Assembly: GCA_977017645.1 (NCBI GenBank)
Contig: OZ360221.1
Span: 195,796,001 to 195,860,000, forward strand
DNA: 64,000 nucleotides
Direction of reading: 5' to 3'
Source: Torpedo marmorata
Taxonomy: Eukaryota
A program made the position numbers and the translations under genes. The notes under the pieces were generated by a model. It saw only the letters and a program-made list of their open reading frames with translations, was not told where the DNA came from and did no database searches. Positions within the stretch are counted from its first letter, which is position 1, and each line of letters starts with the position of its first letter. Below, piece after piece: positions 1-12,249 of this stretch.

Positions 1-372
1 GATTCTCTGTCCGATGTCTGGAGGTTGCTATTTGATCCATTTTTCCTTTCCTTTTTTCTTACAAAGGTAACCTTGAATAGAGGGAGGGGTTAGATTAGAT
101 TTAGTTTTTAGGTTTTTATTTTGTTTGGATTTTTTTTCTTTTTATATAACTTTTTTTAGTTGAATAATTTGAAATATGGGCTTTAACATGAATTTACAAT
201 ATATTCATAACTTGTCTCTCACGTGAACTTAGGAACTGGTCAATGTAGTTCCATTTTTTTTTCTTTTGTATTTGTATGAATATGAGATGACTTTTTATGT
301 GTTCTCAAAATTTTTTTGTATACATGTTTATATGTTAAACTCAATAAAAATATTTTAAAAAGAAAGAAAGAA
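1..372 (+). mobile_element. 3' end of an L1-like LINE (T-rich 3' UTR, AATAAA, A-rich tail)
   Basis: T-rich UTR ending in caataaaaatattttaaaaagaaagaaagaa, the same layout as the L1 3' ends at 19590-19836 and 63140-63400. Truncated by the window edge. Confidence 0.45.
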
Positions 373-384
373 ATTTCCAGAAAG

Positions 385-498
385 ATCTCACGGTAACTGA
401 ATAATTACACGCGTAAAATAGGAAATGGTCGAAGATTTCCAAATCGCGGTAACTGAATTTTTGCATTGATTGAAGTAGCGTATAGCGGGGTTTGCCTG
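385..498. mobile_element. One end of a Tigger/pogo-like DNA element
   Basis: Ends ...cgtatagcggggtttgcctg|ta; the reverse complement TA|CAGGCAAACCCCGCTATACG resembles Tigger TIRs. The other end is not seen. Confidence 0.45.
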
Positions 499-557
499 TA
501 ATTTAGCCGATGCTGGCATTTCATGCATTAGATTTATTGGGTTAAAGTCATCGAGTT

Positions 558-795
558 TTACAGCAAAGCAACAGGCTGTTTGGCCTTCTGCTTCAATACA
601 GACCATCACTACTGTCTATACTAATTCCACTGCCTGCTTCAATTCCATATTTCCTCTCTGCCTTGATCATTCAAGTACCTGTCCCAAATGCCTCTTAAAT
701 TCCTTCCTCCACCACCTCCCCTGGCATCTCATTTCAGACACCAACTACTCTTTGTGTGATACATTTATTCCTCAGTTCCCTTTAAACCTTTCACA
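558..795 (-). mobile_element. CR1 3'-end fragment
   Basis: Degenerate match to the CR1 3' end at 33000-33250. Confidence 0.6.
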
Positions 796-799
796 AGGT

Positions 800-1555
800 C
801 AAAGTTCAAATTCATTGACTGAGTTCATACAGGACATCACATACAAACCTGAGATTCTTTTTACTGTGAGCCAGGCAGATTTCTAATTACTGGTAACTGT
901 AAACTGTACTCAAAAAGAAAGAAATGTAAGCAAAAGAAGGAAAAGTAAACAAACTGTGTAATATAGAAAAAAAATCAGCAATAAATAATGTGCAAAATAA
1001 GAGTCTTTAAATGAGTCTCTGATTGAGTTTGTTGTTTAGGCATCTAATGGTGGAGCGGTAGCAACTGTACCTAAACCTGGTGGTACGAGTCTTGTGGCAC
1101 CTATACCTCTTTCCTGATGGTGGCAGTGAGAACAGAGAATGTAAAGGTAAAGGTAAAGGTTCCATTATTGTCACGTAATACTACATTTAGAATGTAACAT
1201 ACATGAAATTCTTTAATTTTTGTCTACCGTAAGGCAGACAGAGGGTCGCTATTTTGTCCAGCGCCCCTCACAGAAACCTACAACACCTGGTGTTCCTAGG
1301 CGGTCTCCCCTCCAAGTACTGACCAGTCCTGTGCCTGCTTAGCTTCTGAGATCAGACAATCCCAGTCGTATTCAGGCTATTGGTGCTGTTGTGTACAGGG
1401 TGGTGTGGATCCTTGATGATTGCTGCTGCTCTCCGATGGCAGCGTTTCATGTAGATTTTCTCGACGGTGGGGAGAGTTTTGCCTCTGATGTACTGGGTGG
1501 TGTCCTCTACCTATTGCAGGGCTTTCCACTCAGAGGTATAGGTGTCCCCATCCCA
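800..1555 (-). mobile_element. Rex1/Babar LINE 3' fragment, interrupted by a 5S-derived SINE
   Basis: Similar to 43378-44290 (-) and 47372-47915 (+). The sequence aacagagaat...gtacagggtggtgtggatccttgatg is continuous across the insertion. Confidence 0.8.
1141..1393 (-). mobile_element. 5S rRNA-derived SINE (SINE3-type): ~120-nt 5S head, ~110-nt LINE-like 3' module, (CCTTTA)n tail
   Basis: The reverse complement of 1274-1393 reads ...gtctgatctcagaagctaagcaggcacaggactggtcagtacttggaggggagaccgcctaggaacaccaggtgttgtaggttt, colinear with vertebrate 5S rRNA including the internal control region. A non-5S tail follows. Confidence 0.9.
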
Positions 1556-2220
1556 GGCCCCAGACTATCTAATTTGTGCTATAATTTTATAATTCCATGG
1601 GTTACTGATTAGAGTCTGTAAATGTCAGATTCAACTAATCATTGCAAAATTATTTCACTGAATATTCTTGAGAAAAATTTAGTCTTGCAAAATACTATTT
1701 TAAATTTTAAGAGCAGCTTGAAAGGCAGAGGTAAATGCTGAAACAGAAATTGCAATGAATGAAAGATTTAACAATGGCTTGATAGGTAGAAGTAAAACAC
1801 GAAAATCTGTAGACACTGTGATTGAAGTAAAAAACACAAATGCTGGAGAAACTCAGCAGGTCAAACAGTGTATTTTATGTAGCAAAGGTAGAAATACATA
1901 ACCGACGTTTCGGGCTTGAACCCTTCATTAAAGTATGAGAAAATGCCGGCAGGTGTCCGAACAAAAGAGTGAGGGGGGAAGGGGGGTGGCAAAGGCAGGA
2001 GATGATAGGCGGAGAAAGGAGGGAGGGGACAGCAGCAAAGAGGGGGAGGAAAACAGGAAGGACAAGTGAGGGGGGAGGGGAAGGGAGCGACAAGCAGGTT
2101 TAGTGGAAAGCAGAAAAGTCAATGTTAATGCCATCTGGCTGGAGAGTGCCGAGACGGAAAATGAGATGTTGTTCCTCCAATTTGCGGGTAGTCTAGGTGG
2201 GATAGTACATAAGTACATAA

Positions 2221-3494
2221 GTCCCGACCAGTCACCCTCTACCACCACCCTCCTCCGCCTGGCAGAACTTGTCCTCACTCTCAATAACTTCTCCTTCAAC
2301 TCATCCCACTTCCTCCAAATCAAAGGAGTAGCCATGGGTACCCGCATGGGTCCCAGCTACGCCTGCCTGTTTGTGGGCTTTGTGGAGCAATCCATGCTAC
2401 AAGCCTACACAGGCAAGACCCCTCATCTCTTCCTCTGTTATATCGACGACTACATCGGGGCTGCCTCATGCACCCGCGATGAGCTTGTCAATTTCATCCA
2501 CTTCGCATCCAACTTCCACCACGATCTCAAACTCACCTGGTCCATCTCCGATAACACTCTCCCCTTCCTGGATCTCTCTGTCTCCATCTCAGGAGACAAG
2601 CTTTCCACCGACATTTACTACAAACCCTCCAACTCCCGCAACTATCTGGACTACACTTCGTCACACCCTGTCCCCTGAAAGGATTCCATCCCCTTCTCTC
2701 AATTTCTCTGCCTCCGCCACATCTGTTCCCAAGATGAGGTGTTCCGGTCCAGATCTTCTGAAATGTCTGCCTTTTTCCACAAAAGTGGCTTCCCCTCCAC
2801 CACCATCAACTCAGCCCTCACCTGCATCTCCTCCATTTCCCGCTCATCTGCCCTGGCCCCCTCTGCCCCCAGATGCAACAAACATAGAATCCCCCTCATC
2901 CTCACCTACCACCCCACCAGCCTCCGCATTCAACACATTATCCGCCGGAATTTCTGGCACTTACTACAGGATCCCACCACCAGACACATTTTTCCTTCTC
3001 CTCCCCTCTCGGCCTTCCGTAGGGACCGCTCCCTCCGCGATTCACTCGTGCACTCATCCCTCCCCACCTATCGCACCCCCAGCACCTTCCCCTGTGCCCG
3101 CAGAAGGTGCAACAACTGCGCCCACACCTCCCCCCTCACCACGGTCCAGGGCCCCAAACAGGCCTTCCAAGTGAAACTACACTTCACTTGTACATCCAGA
3201 GAACTTATTTACTGCATCCGGTGCTCCCTTTGTGGCTTTCTCTACATCGGAGAGACCGGTCGTAGATTGGGAGACCGCTTTGCTGAGCACCTCCTCTCCG
3301 TCCGCAACAACAGCGACCTCCCAGTAGCCAACCATTTCAATTCCGGGTCACACTCCCACACTCACATGTCTGTCCATGGCCTTATGTACTATCCCATCCA
3401 GACTACCCGCAAATTGGAGGAACAACGTCTCATTTTCCGTCTCGGCACTCTCCAGCCAGATGGCATTAACATTGACTTTTCTGCTTTCCACTAA
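2221..3494 (+). pseudogene. Penelope-like RT + GIY-YIG endonuclease ORF, broken by an in-frame TGA at 2676-2678
   Basis: ORFs 2103..2678 and 2739..3494 are in the same frame, separated by one stop (HPVP*KDSIP). Confidence 0.9.
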
Positions 3495-3654
3495 ACCTGC
3501 TTGTCGCTCCCTTCCCCTCCCCCCTCACCTGTCCTTCCTGTTTTCCTCCCCCTCTTTGCTGCTGTCCCCTCCCTCCTTTCTCCACCTATCATCTCCTGCC
3601 TTTGCCACCCCCCTTCCCCCCTCACTCTTTTGTTCGGACGCCTGCCGGCATTTT

Positions 3655-3697
3655 CTCATACTTTGATGAAGGGCTCAAGCTTGAAACATCGGTTATG
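3655..3697 (+). ncRNA. Minimal type I hammerhead ribozyme motif in the Penelope pseudo-LTR (degenerate)
   Basis: catac-TTTGATGA-A-GGGCT-CA-AGCTT-GAAA-CA-TC-ggttatg, with helix I CAUAC/GUUAUG. Sister copies at 1897-1939 (-) and ~7158-7199 (+). Confidence 0.7.
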
Positions 3698-3859
3698 TAT
3701 TTCTACCTTTGCTACATAAAAGACACTGTTTGACCTGCTGAGTTTCTCCAGCATTTGTGTTTTTTGTTTGATAGGTAGAACTGGTTTCTGAGCTGGACTA
3801 TTGTGGAGTTAAGATTCAATGAGGCATTGAATGTCTAACGATAGGAAGGATGCTAAACT

Positions 3860-6800
3860 AAGACCTTGGAGACTGCAGATGCCGGAATTTAGATAAAAAA
3901 ACAAATAGTTGCTGGGGGAACATAGTGTATCTGTGGAGACAAAGAGATGGTCAACCTTTCAGGTTGAGACTCTGCATCAAGATTGAGAGCATAAAGGAGA
4001 GATAGCCATGGTAAAGGGGGGGGGGAGGGGGATGAGGTAGAAGCTGTCAAATGATAAATGGATCCAGATGAAGAGGTTCTGATGGGCAGATGGAGACAGG
4101 TGGGGAAGGGAAATGTGGAGATAGTGACAGAGGCTGGGTAGTGCTAAGTGGAGACCGCAAATGGCTCCAGATTATGGAGCAAACAAAAAACAAACTGCTG
4201 GATGAACTCATCTTATCAGGAAGTAACTGGAGGGACAAAGAGAGCTGACATTTTGGGTCGAGACCCTGCATCAGGACTGGAGATTATGGAATCTGCTAAG
4301 AAAGAAAGGAGATAAATAGAAGCAGATAAGGGAGGGATGGTGGGCAGGTGGGAACAGCAGAGGGAGGGGATGGGAGAACCAGTGGGTTGAGTGTGTGGGT
4401 GATAGGCAGATGGAACTAGATGGAGGAGAGGAAAGACCAGGTAGCAATAGGCTTGTGGGGAGGGTGGGTGGAAAGAAGTGTGTGGAGTAAGAGGAACTGG
4501 GTGGATCAGAAGGAAAGTGAAAGGAACTGAGAAGGGTGCAGGTTAGCTGAAATTGGAGAATTCAATGTTCTTGCCATTGTAATGTAGACTACCCAGGCGA
4601 AATATAAGGTGTTGTTCCTCGAGTTTGCATCTGCCTCACCCTAGCTGTGGGGGAGGCCGAGGACAGACAGCTCGGTGTGGGAATAGTGAGAAGAGTTAAA
4701 TAGTTTGCAACCAGGAACTCAAAATGACAATTGCAGAAAGGTAATTGGCAAAGCTGTCCTAGTCTGTGGTTAGTCTTGTTGATGTAGAAGAGGCCACATC
4801 AAGAGCACCGAGTGCCATCAGCAAGGTTGGAGGAGATGCAAGTGATCCTCTGCCTCACCTGGAATGACTGTTTAGGTCCCTGGATGGTGGTGAGGGAGGA
4901 TGTGCAGGGATCAAATACTTCACAACCAGGGCTAACCAGAAACCATGGTTGGATGCAGAAGTCCAGGCCCTTCTTAAGCTCATGATGCTTCCTTCAGGAT
5001 AGGGGATAGGATGGCACTAAGATCAGCCACTGCTGAACTCTTCCGTGCAACCCAGAAGGCAAAGCGGGGGTACGCACAGAAGATCCACAGACAGCTGTGT
5101 GACACCGGCGACATGAGGCACATGTGGCAAGGCAACAAGAATATAACGGATCACAAGTCAACCTTGCGAGTTAAGGACAATGACGCCTCCCTTCCGGACA
5201 GATGCAACATCTTCTTTGCATGGTTTGATGAGAAGAACAGGATGACGCCGAAGAAAGCTCCATGTCCCCCGATGAAAGGGCCCCCTGCATAGCCGTGGCC
5301 GAAGTGAGGAGAAACCTATCCAAGATGAGCCCACACAAGGCGGCGGGACCAGACAACATACCTGGTCGGGTACTGAAGGACTGTGCAGACCAATTGATGG
5401 AGATCTACACAGGCATCTTCAACACCTCACTGCAGCAGTCCATCATTCCCACTGGATTCAAGACAGCTACCATCATCCTGGTACCCAAGAGGGCAAAATA
5501 ATATGACTCAATGACAACCGCCTAATCCAGCTCCAACAGTGTCATCAAGTTTGCAGATGACACAACAGTAGTTGGACTCATCAGCAACACTACAGAGAAG
5601 AGGTGGAAAATCTCGTGAAATGGTGCAAGAGTAACAACCTAAGTCTCAACATGGACAAGACAAAGGAGATGATCGTGGACTTCAGGAGGACCAGGAACGA
5701 CAACCCTCCACTACACATCAACAATTCTGTAGTAGAGAGAGTGGAGAGCACCAAGTTCCTTGGAGTTCACTTAACTAGTGACCTATCGTGGACACTCAAC
5801 ATCTCCTCACTTGTCAGGAAGGCGCAACAGCGACATCACTTCCTGAGAAGACTGAAGCGGGCAAGGCTACCGGCCACCATTATATCAACCTTCTATAGGA
5901 GCTCTATCGAGAGCATCCTGGCCGGCTGCATCACAGTATGGTACGGTTGCTGCAGAGAAATGGATTGGAGGTCAATCTACAGGACCATAAGGGTGGTAGA
6001 GAGAATCAGTGGAGTCTCCCTCTCCTTCATCGACGTGATCTACCGCGATCATTGTCTGAAGAGGGCAGGCAAAATCATTGAGGACCCCTTCCACCCTGCA
6101 CACAGCATCTTTCAGCTGCTCCCATCAGGAAAGAGATACAGGAGTATCAGAGGCAACACCACCAGGCTGAGGAACGGCTTCTTCCCACGGGCAGTGAGAA
6201 TGCTGATCGACCAAAGGAACTGCTCACATTAACCATCGAGACTCTCATATGCATGAAACAATATTTATTTATTTATTTGTATGGATGAATACTTGTCCTG
6301 CATATGTATTGTTTGTCTGTATGTGTGTTATGTCTGGTTGTATGTCTGTGTGTTTTGCACTGAGGACCGGAGAACACTGATTTGTCAGGTTGTACTTGTA
6401 CAATCAGATGACAATAAACTTGACTTGATTTGACTTGAAGTTTTGCACCTTTTACAGTTGCAGGGGATAGTACCTGTGGACAGGGAGGAATGGTTGGGAT
6501 GGAATGGGTAAACCATAGAGTTATTGAGAGATTAGCTCCTGGGGAGGGAGAGGAAAATGTGACTGGTATGGGATTATATTGTCTCTGGCGGAAATGATGT
6601 TCTGGATATGGAGGCTTGTTCAGCGAAAGGTAAGAACCAAGGCAATTATGACTCAGTTCTGTCTGGAGGGAGGTTGTGTCAGAGCAGGTGTGCGAAATGG
6701 AGAGCTCCATCCACCACCATAGAAGGGAAGCTGTGTTTCCTGAGAAAGGACATTTCAGATGTGCTGGAGATGTGCTGGAGTGGAAAGCCTCATCTTGAGA

Positions 6801-7010
6801 ATAGATTCCAAAGGGTCACTATTCTCCTGGGGATGATACTGTATTCTTTCCTCACAGCCACACTGAATGGCCGACCCTTCACTTTGATTCTGTGATTTCT
6901 GGTTCCAGGCATCCCTGCGTGGGGAATCATCAACTTCAAACCTCCCCTGTCAGGCCCCATTTTAATGAAATCTTTTATTCTTTGAACTCTGGAAACAGAC
7001 CAACATGATA
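3860..7010 (-). mobile_element. Older degenerate Penelope-like element(s), split by a Rex1 insertion
   Basis: pLTR/HHR-like tails at 3865-3985 and 4180-4280, GIY-YIG remnant at 4550-4910, continuing after 6440 (gatgtgcaggga|...|aagttttgcacc). Confidence 0.7.
4911..6438 (+). mobile_element. Rex1/Babar LINE, 5'-truncated with an internal deletion near 5520
   Basis: KAAGPDNIPGRVLKDCADQL, KFADDT, KTKEMIVDFRR, FLGVHLTSDLSW, LLPSGKRYRS. Tail gacaataaa(cttga)n. Confidence 0.92.
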
Positions 7011-7144
7011 GCAATGGTGCACCCTGCTGTGCTAATGAAGGAGAAATTTAAAATTGGAACGAAGTAGGCAGCATAACGAACTGAAAAGGACAGTGAAAGA
7101 GTTCTTAAAAGGGATGAGCAACTTCAGAAAGTAGTAAAACATGA

Positions 7145-7290
7145 AAGTTTCATTTTCTCATACCTTGATGAAGGGCTAAAGCCTGAAACATTGGTTATGT
7201 ATCTTTATCTTTGCTATATAAAGTACACTGTTTGATCTGCTGAGTTTCTCCAGCATTGTGTTTTTACAACTCCAGCAATGCAGACCTTCT
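7145..7290 (+). mobile_element. Solo Penelope pseudo-LTR tail with hammerhead motif
   Basis: High similarity to 3650-3765 (cataccttgatgaagggctaaagcctgaaacattggttatg). Confidence 0.8.
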
Positions 7291-7759
7291 GCTTGCATCA
7301 AATTTGGCTTTTGCTTTAAGTGCAGTTGGAAGAAAATAACAAAGGTTGGATGCTAATTTGAAGAGGTTACACTCACTGTAAAGCTTTGACTTCTGATTGA
7401 ATATGGTACTGGACGGATATGTATCCTTTTCTCCTGAAACAATATCACTTTATGCTCTCAACTTGACACATTTCTTGGCTGTAGGAAATTTGAAATTGCT
7501 GTTGCTGAACTTTGAACAATATGAATTGGTTGAGAATGTAATGCTGTTTATACAATAAATCTATTGGAAAAAAACCCTTGTTGGCAGGAAATTCAAGTTC
7601 CTATTTAGTTTTGGAAACAAAAAAATGGAAATATTTGAGATAGCCCCAGCTGAAAAGTCACCATTACACGAGCTAAAACTAGTGATGTTAAGACTAGAAT
7701 ATTGCATTAACTTTACGAAAATGCAAGAAATAGCAAAGGCAAAAATAAGTTAGTTCTGA

Positions 7760-8910
7760 TAAGACCATATGATGTTTGGGGCAGAATTAGGCCATTTGGC
7801 CCATCGTGTCTGCTCTGCCATTCAAATCACGACATGTATTTTTTCCTCAACCCCATTATCCAGCCTTCTCCCCATAACACTTGACATACTTATTAATCAA
7901 GAAACAACCTTACTGATCCTCACTCTTACAGAAAATGAGTAATATTATTGGTAATATTCTAACAATTTGATATGATAAAGCACCTATGATGGAATGCTGA
8001 AATTATTTTCCAAAGTAATGGAAACAACCCAGAAGTCATTTCCAGTTCTTTCAGGTGAAAAGGGAAGGGCTGTCAAAAAGAATTCTTCAGAAGATGATCC
8101 AATCAGCATTCCATCATAACTACATTCCCAAATCAAATTATTGATAATATTCCACAACCCTGATAGGAATGTGCTCAGAATCTGAAAATTGCTATGAATA
8201 ACTCATGTTTAAAGCCATTCTATGGTGGTGTTTACAAGAAAATAAGCATCAGTGGGAATTTATAGAATCATAGTGCTATACAGCATAGAAACAGGCCCTT
8301 CAGCCCAGTGTGTCTATGCCAACCATCATGCCTATCTGTACTTGCATTAATTCCATATCCTTCTGTGCTTTGGTAATTCGAATACCTGTCCAGATGCCTC
8401 TTAAATGCTACTACTGTCCCTGGCTCCACCACCTCCTTTGGTAGTTCATTCCAGATAACAACTACCCTGTGTATAAAATGTACCCCTCAGATTCCCTCTA
8501 AACCTTCTTTCGCTCACCTTAAACTACTTAATTTGTGCTCCCACTTTTTCATTCTATGGTGTACTGATGACATTCTGTGAATTTCATATTTGGCTAAGTG
8601 TTGTAAAAATAAGATACTGAGAGCAATTTGCTTTTCTGAAATACCATATTAAATTTTGAGAGAACAAGTTCAGGCAAATGTTTAATCAGAAATATGTGAT
8701 GAATTAAGGTTTATATCAATGGCTCTCACATCTAATGAAGGGATAGTCCTCATCTCCTCCCTCTCAACTTAAACCTCTGTCCTCTACCATGGAAACAGAC
8801 TCTGGCTATCTTCCCTATATACGCCATTCATAATTTTACGTCACCTCTCCGCCTCTTTTACTCTAGGGAAAATTGACACAGCCTATCTAATCTCTCCTTT
8901 AAACCCAAGC
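7760..8910 (-). mobile_element. Cluster of short CR1 3' fragments (7760-7910, 8262-8525, 8760-8910)
   Basis: acaggcccttcagccc and ggccatttggccc tail motifs plus RT C-terminal remnants. Confidence 0.6.
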
Positions 8911-9598
8911 CGCATGAATTAATTTTAATCCACCTGCCTTGCAGTTTCAGATCTTTTTGTCTACCTGTTTTATGCTCTATCTGATTTTACTGTCAATTAA
9001 ACTCAAATGGAAAATAAAAGTGTGTAGTGTGTAAAGCACAAACCTGACCCAATCATGGCTGTTTCCAGTCCGAAGGTTAGGTTTCAATTATTCCCGCCAT
9101 TCCCAACCCCCACCACTCCACTCCATCTCAGAATTGTTATTCAGATTGTTAATGTGTTCATGACTTTTTTTGTACTTGATACCCCAGAGAATATATATTC
9201 ATAAAAGCAAATTTTTGTGAACCATCTGTTTGTCTTAAACAAATAACAGCAATGGAAACATTTCTAATGGTGTGGTAATACCAATCTAATATTTATTTAA
9301 CAGATTGTAAACTGTTAAGCTGTGTAGAGTAACTTCATGCACAAGATGAGTGGCCTTTGATTAATCTAATCTTTAAAGGAGTGCTCGAGTTTCATTGAAT
9401 TTGCTGCATGCTTCAGGTTTCAGCTGCTCTCACTGTTTCCCTCCAGCAAAACCATTTTATGCATATTATAAGGCGCTATTAATTTTTCACAAAATTAGGT
9501 TAGGATTTCACTTCAAGTGGTCAGAGATAATAGATAACAGACATCTGCAATAAAGTGAAAGGCAAGCACCCTGACTGTGAGAAACAAGGGAATAACAA

Positions 9599-9832
9599 GG
9601 CAGCATAGCATAGTGGTTCGTGCAACCTTATTACAGCGCCAGTAACTCGGGTTTGAATCTGGCGCTGTCTGTAAGGAGTTTGAACATTCTCACTGTGACC
9701 TGTGTGGGCTTTCCCCGGGTGCTCCGGTTTCTTCCCACCCTCCAAAACATACAGGTTTGTAGGTAATTGGTCAGCATGGGTTTCAATGGCCGGAATCAGC
9801 TTCTACTGTGTTGTAAAAAAAACAACTTTTAA
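9599..9832 (+). mobile_element. tRNA-derived SINE (HE1/V-SINE-like)
   Basis: A box tagtgg, B box ggtttgaatc, core gggctttccccgggtgctccggtttcttcccac, CR1-like tail. Confidence 0.85.
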
Positions 9833-11834
9833 ATCTGTGATACGACAAGGACCAAGAGAGACTGATCGACATAAAAGGTTGTGAGATTGTGTTGCAGGCT
9901 TGTTAATTTGATTTATTTCCAAAGAGAGAGCAAAAGGGGTTTGAAACATATGCTGGAACTGTGAAATTCAGTTCCTTGAAATCTGCATCAACAGTGTCCA
10001 TTGGGAACAGGAGTAAACACTGACCTAGCTGGGCATTTCCTGCATTCTCCTTTTTACTACAAGAGTTCCAACAATTGCATTGTTGTATATCTCACACCTC
10101 TGCCATGTATGTTTTCCCCTCTTTTCCTCTCCTTTTCTATCTCCATTCACCTCCCTCTATTTGTACCTCGGACACATCAGCTGCATTAAACAAGCGTTCA
10201 TCATTCTTTCACAGCTTGCACCGTGAACGTTGGTGTCATTCAGTCACTCTCAGTCCCTGTTCCTATTTTTCTTCCATTCCATCTTTACGGCATCTTAAAA
10301 TATTATCAATTTATAACTTTTCTTGTTTTTATTTCCAATAAAAGTAGAAGCTGTTATTCACGCAAACATACTTTCCATTACATTAGATGTTAATTCTTGC
10401 TTACTCAAATTTCATATGAAATGCATTTGAAGGCATTACCATTATTGTTTATAGTTTGAAATTTGCTGATGTATGTATGGTGATGAACATGTTGCAGCTT
10501 CTGGATTGAGGAAACCAAAGCTTTGCATACAACAGCTTATTTTTCATAGTAATTATTTTGTGAAATATGATGATGATGATGCTTTCATATCCTAAAGAGC
10601 TTAACAGTTGGTCTGTCATGTTCAAACACGTTTGCTCAGTCAAGTCAATCCTATAGTCCACGGGGACTACTACAAGGAATTAGATATGTCAAAAGAATTT
10701 GATCACTTGACCCTAAAGATTGAAAGCTTTAACAAGAACAACATTTGTTTTATTGGAATGTCACCTTTGAAGAAGTCTCAAGCAACTTCATGACCTCCTT
10801 TACACTACCAGGCAGTTTGTGATAATAAGGTCACAAGTGAAGCGAATAATGCAGTCTGTAATATCCCACCTTTAGAGCTAATGTTTTTTCATTGCATGGC
10901 CTGAAAAGTATTCCTCAGAGCTAAGCTAAGGAGCTCTTTGTAACATCACTTGGGACAGATTCTGCCGTTCTGGATTGACCTCCCAAAACGCACATACAGC
11001 TCTGTTCTGTACTTGCATTCATGTACAGAGCAGCTTTTGTCTCTTCCTAATTAGCACGTCTACTATCTTGAAAGTAACTTTGCATACATGGAATTGCAAC
11101 ATTTTTTTTAAAATTATAAGCTTTATTTGGCACAAAGGCAAACTATTTATTGCACAAATTGAGCAATATACCGGTATATAGGGTTTTGTATGAATAAGCA
11201 GAACGTTTTTTACTTATAAAAATACTTGAAAGGCTGCATTTATAGATTGTGTTTTAGCAGTGCAAATATCTTAACAAGTTTGAACAAAGCAACTGTTCAT
11301 CATTCAAAATGTTCAGATTCTTCCATTTATTGGTCAGTATATAAAAATAGCATTTGAATATTCTGTTATGGCAACAAACCAACAGTTGTCTAACAGTAAA
11401 CCCAATTTTCCTCGATTGAACAAATTATTGTTTCACACATTAAATCTAATCAGGTTATGCACATAGAATGCACAAGTGCCAAACAAGTGAATTGTTACAT
11501 GTTAATATTGCCATGTAAAATATGCTTCCCTTGCATCTGAGGGTAAATGATTTATTTCTAAAATTATTTGTTGTATTTTTAGCAATAAAGAATAATCTGA
11601 ATTTGAAAAGGATGCTGATCAACAGTCTATTATTTTGATAGAAGAGAAGAAAGAATCAGACACTTACAGACAGGATGTCTCTCGACGAGCGTAAATGTAT
11701 TCACATTTACCATGCATGCAAACATGTTCTGAACAAGGCTGGTAATTTCCAGTGTAAATATCTTCTCTTTGATCACTGGCATCTTAAAGTAAATAAACAA
11801 CTTTCAGTATTATCTGCACACATCTCTTTTAATA

Positions 11835-12070
11835 ACGTAGAACATAAAACATTACAGCACTGTACAGGCCCTTCAGCCCACAACGACCTGTGTAAACCTA
11901 ATACAAGCTAATGTTTCCCTACCTGACACCGATAACCTATTTTTCTTACATCCATGTGCCTATCTAACAGTCTTTTGAATGTCCTTATTGTACCAGCCTC
12001 CTCCACCACCACCACTGGCAATGCATTCGAAGCACCCACCACTCTCTGAGTAAAGACCTTACTTTTGGCA
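11835..12070 (-). mobile_element. CR1 3' fragment
   Basis: acagcactgtacaggcccttcagccc tail; minus-strand LREWWVLRMHCQ remnant. Confidence 0.7.
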
Positions 12071-12249
12071 CATTTCCTTCATGGCAGAAAGGATTTTCAA
12101 AAATTATTTGGAGTAATTTAAATAAATAATTCCTTTCTCCGATTAGTTTTAGTAACTGCATGTATTTCATTTAATTATGCACATATTTTTACATGCATTT
12201 TAGTAAATTGTAACCATGCATCCCTCCAATCACCAAGACAATTCATCTT

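Larger units (their letters stand above)
1792..3767 (+). mobile_element. Penelope-like retroelement, 5'-truncated, with inverted pseudo-LTR and 13-bp TSD
   Basis: RT motifs (GVAMGTRMGPSYA, YIDD, LPFLD) in 2221-2678 and GIY-YIG endonuclease (LIYCIRC..C..LYIGETGRRLGDRFAEH) in 2739-3494. 1829-2213 is the reverse complement of ~3381-3765. TSD ttgataggtagaa at 1779-1791 and 3768-3780. Confidence 0.95.

Noticed and set aside
1274-1393. Functional 5S rRNA gene
   Set aside because: It is diverged at the 5' end, solitary, lacks a T4 terminator, is fused to a retroposon tail and is inserted in a LINE.
2103-2220. N-terminus of ORF 2103..2678 as real protein
   Set aside because: It is antisense read-through of the inverted pseudo-LTR; the RT starts after the junction near 2221.
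10608-10793. Plus-strand exon in unique sequence
   Set aside because: Short ORF without convincing splice sites or a recognisable product.
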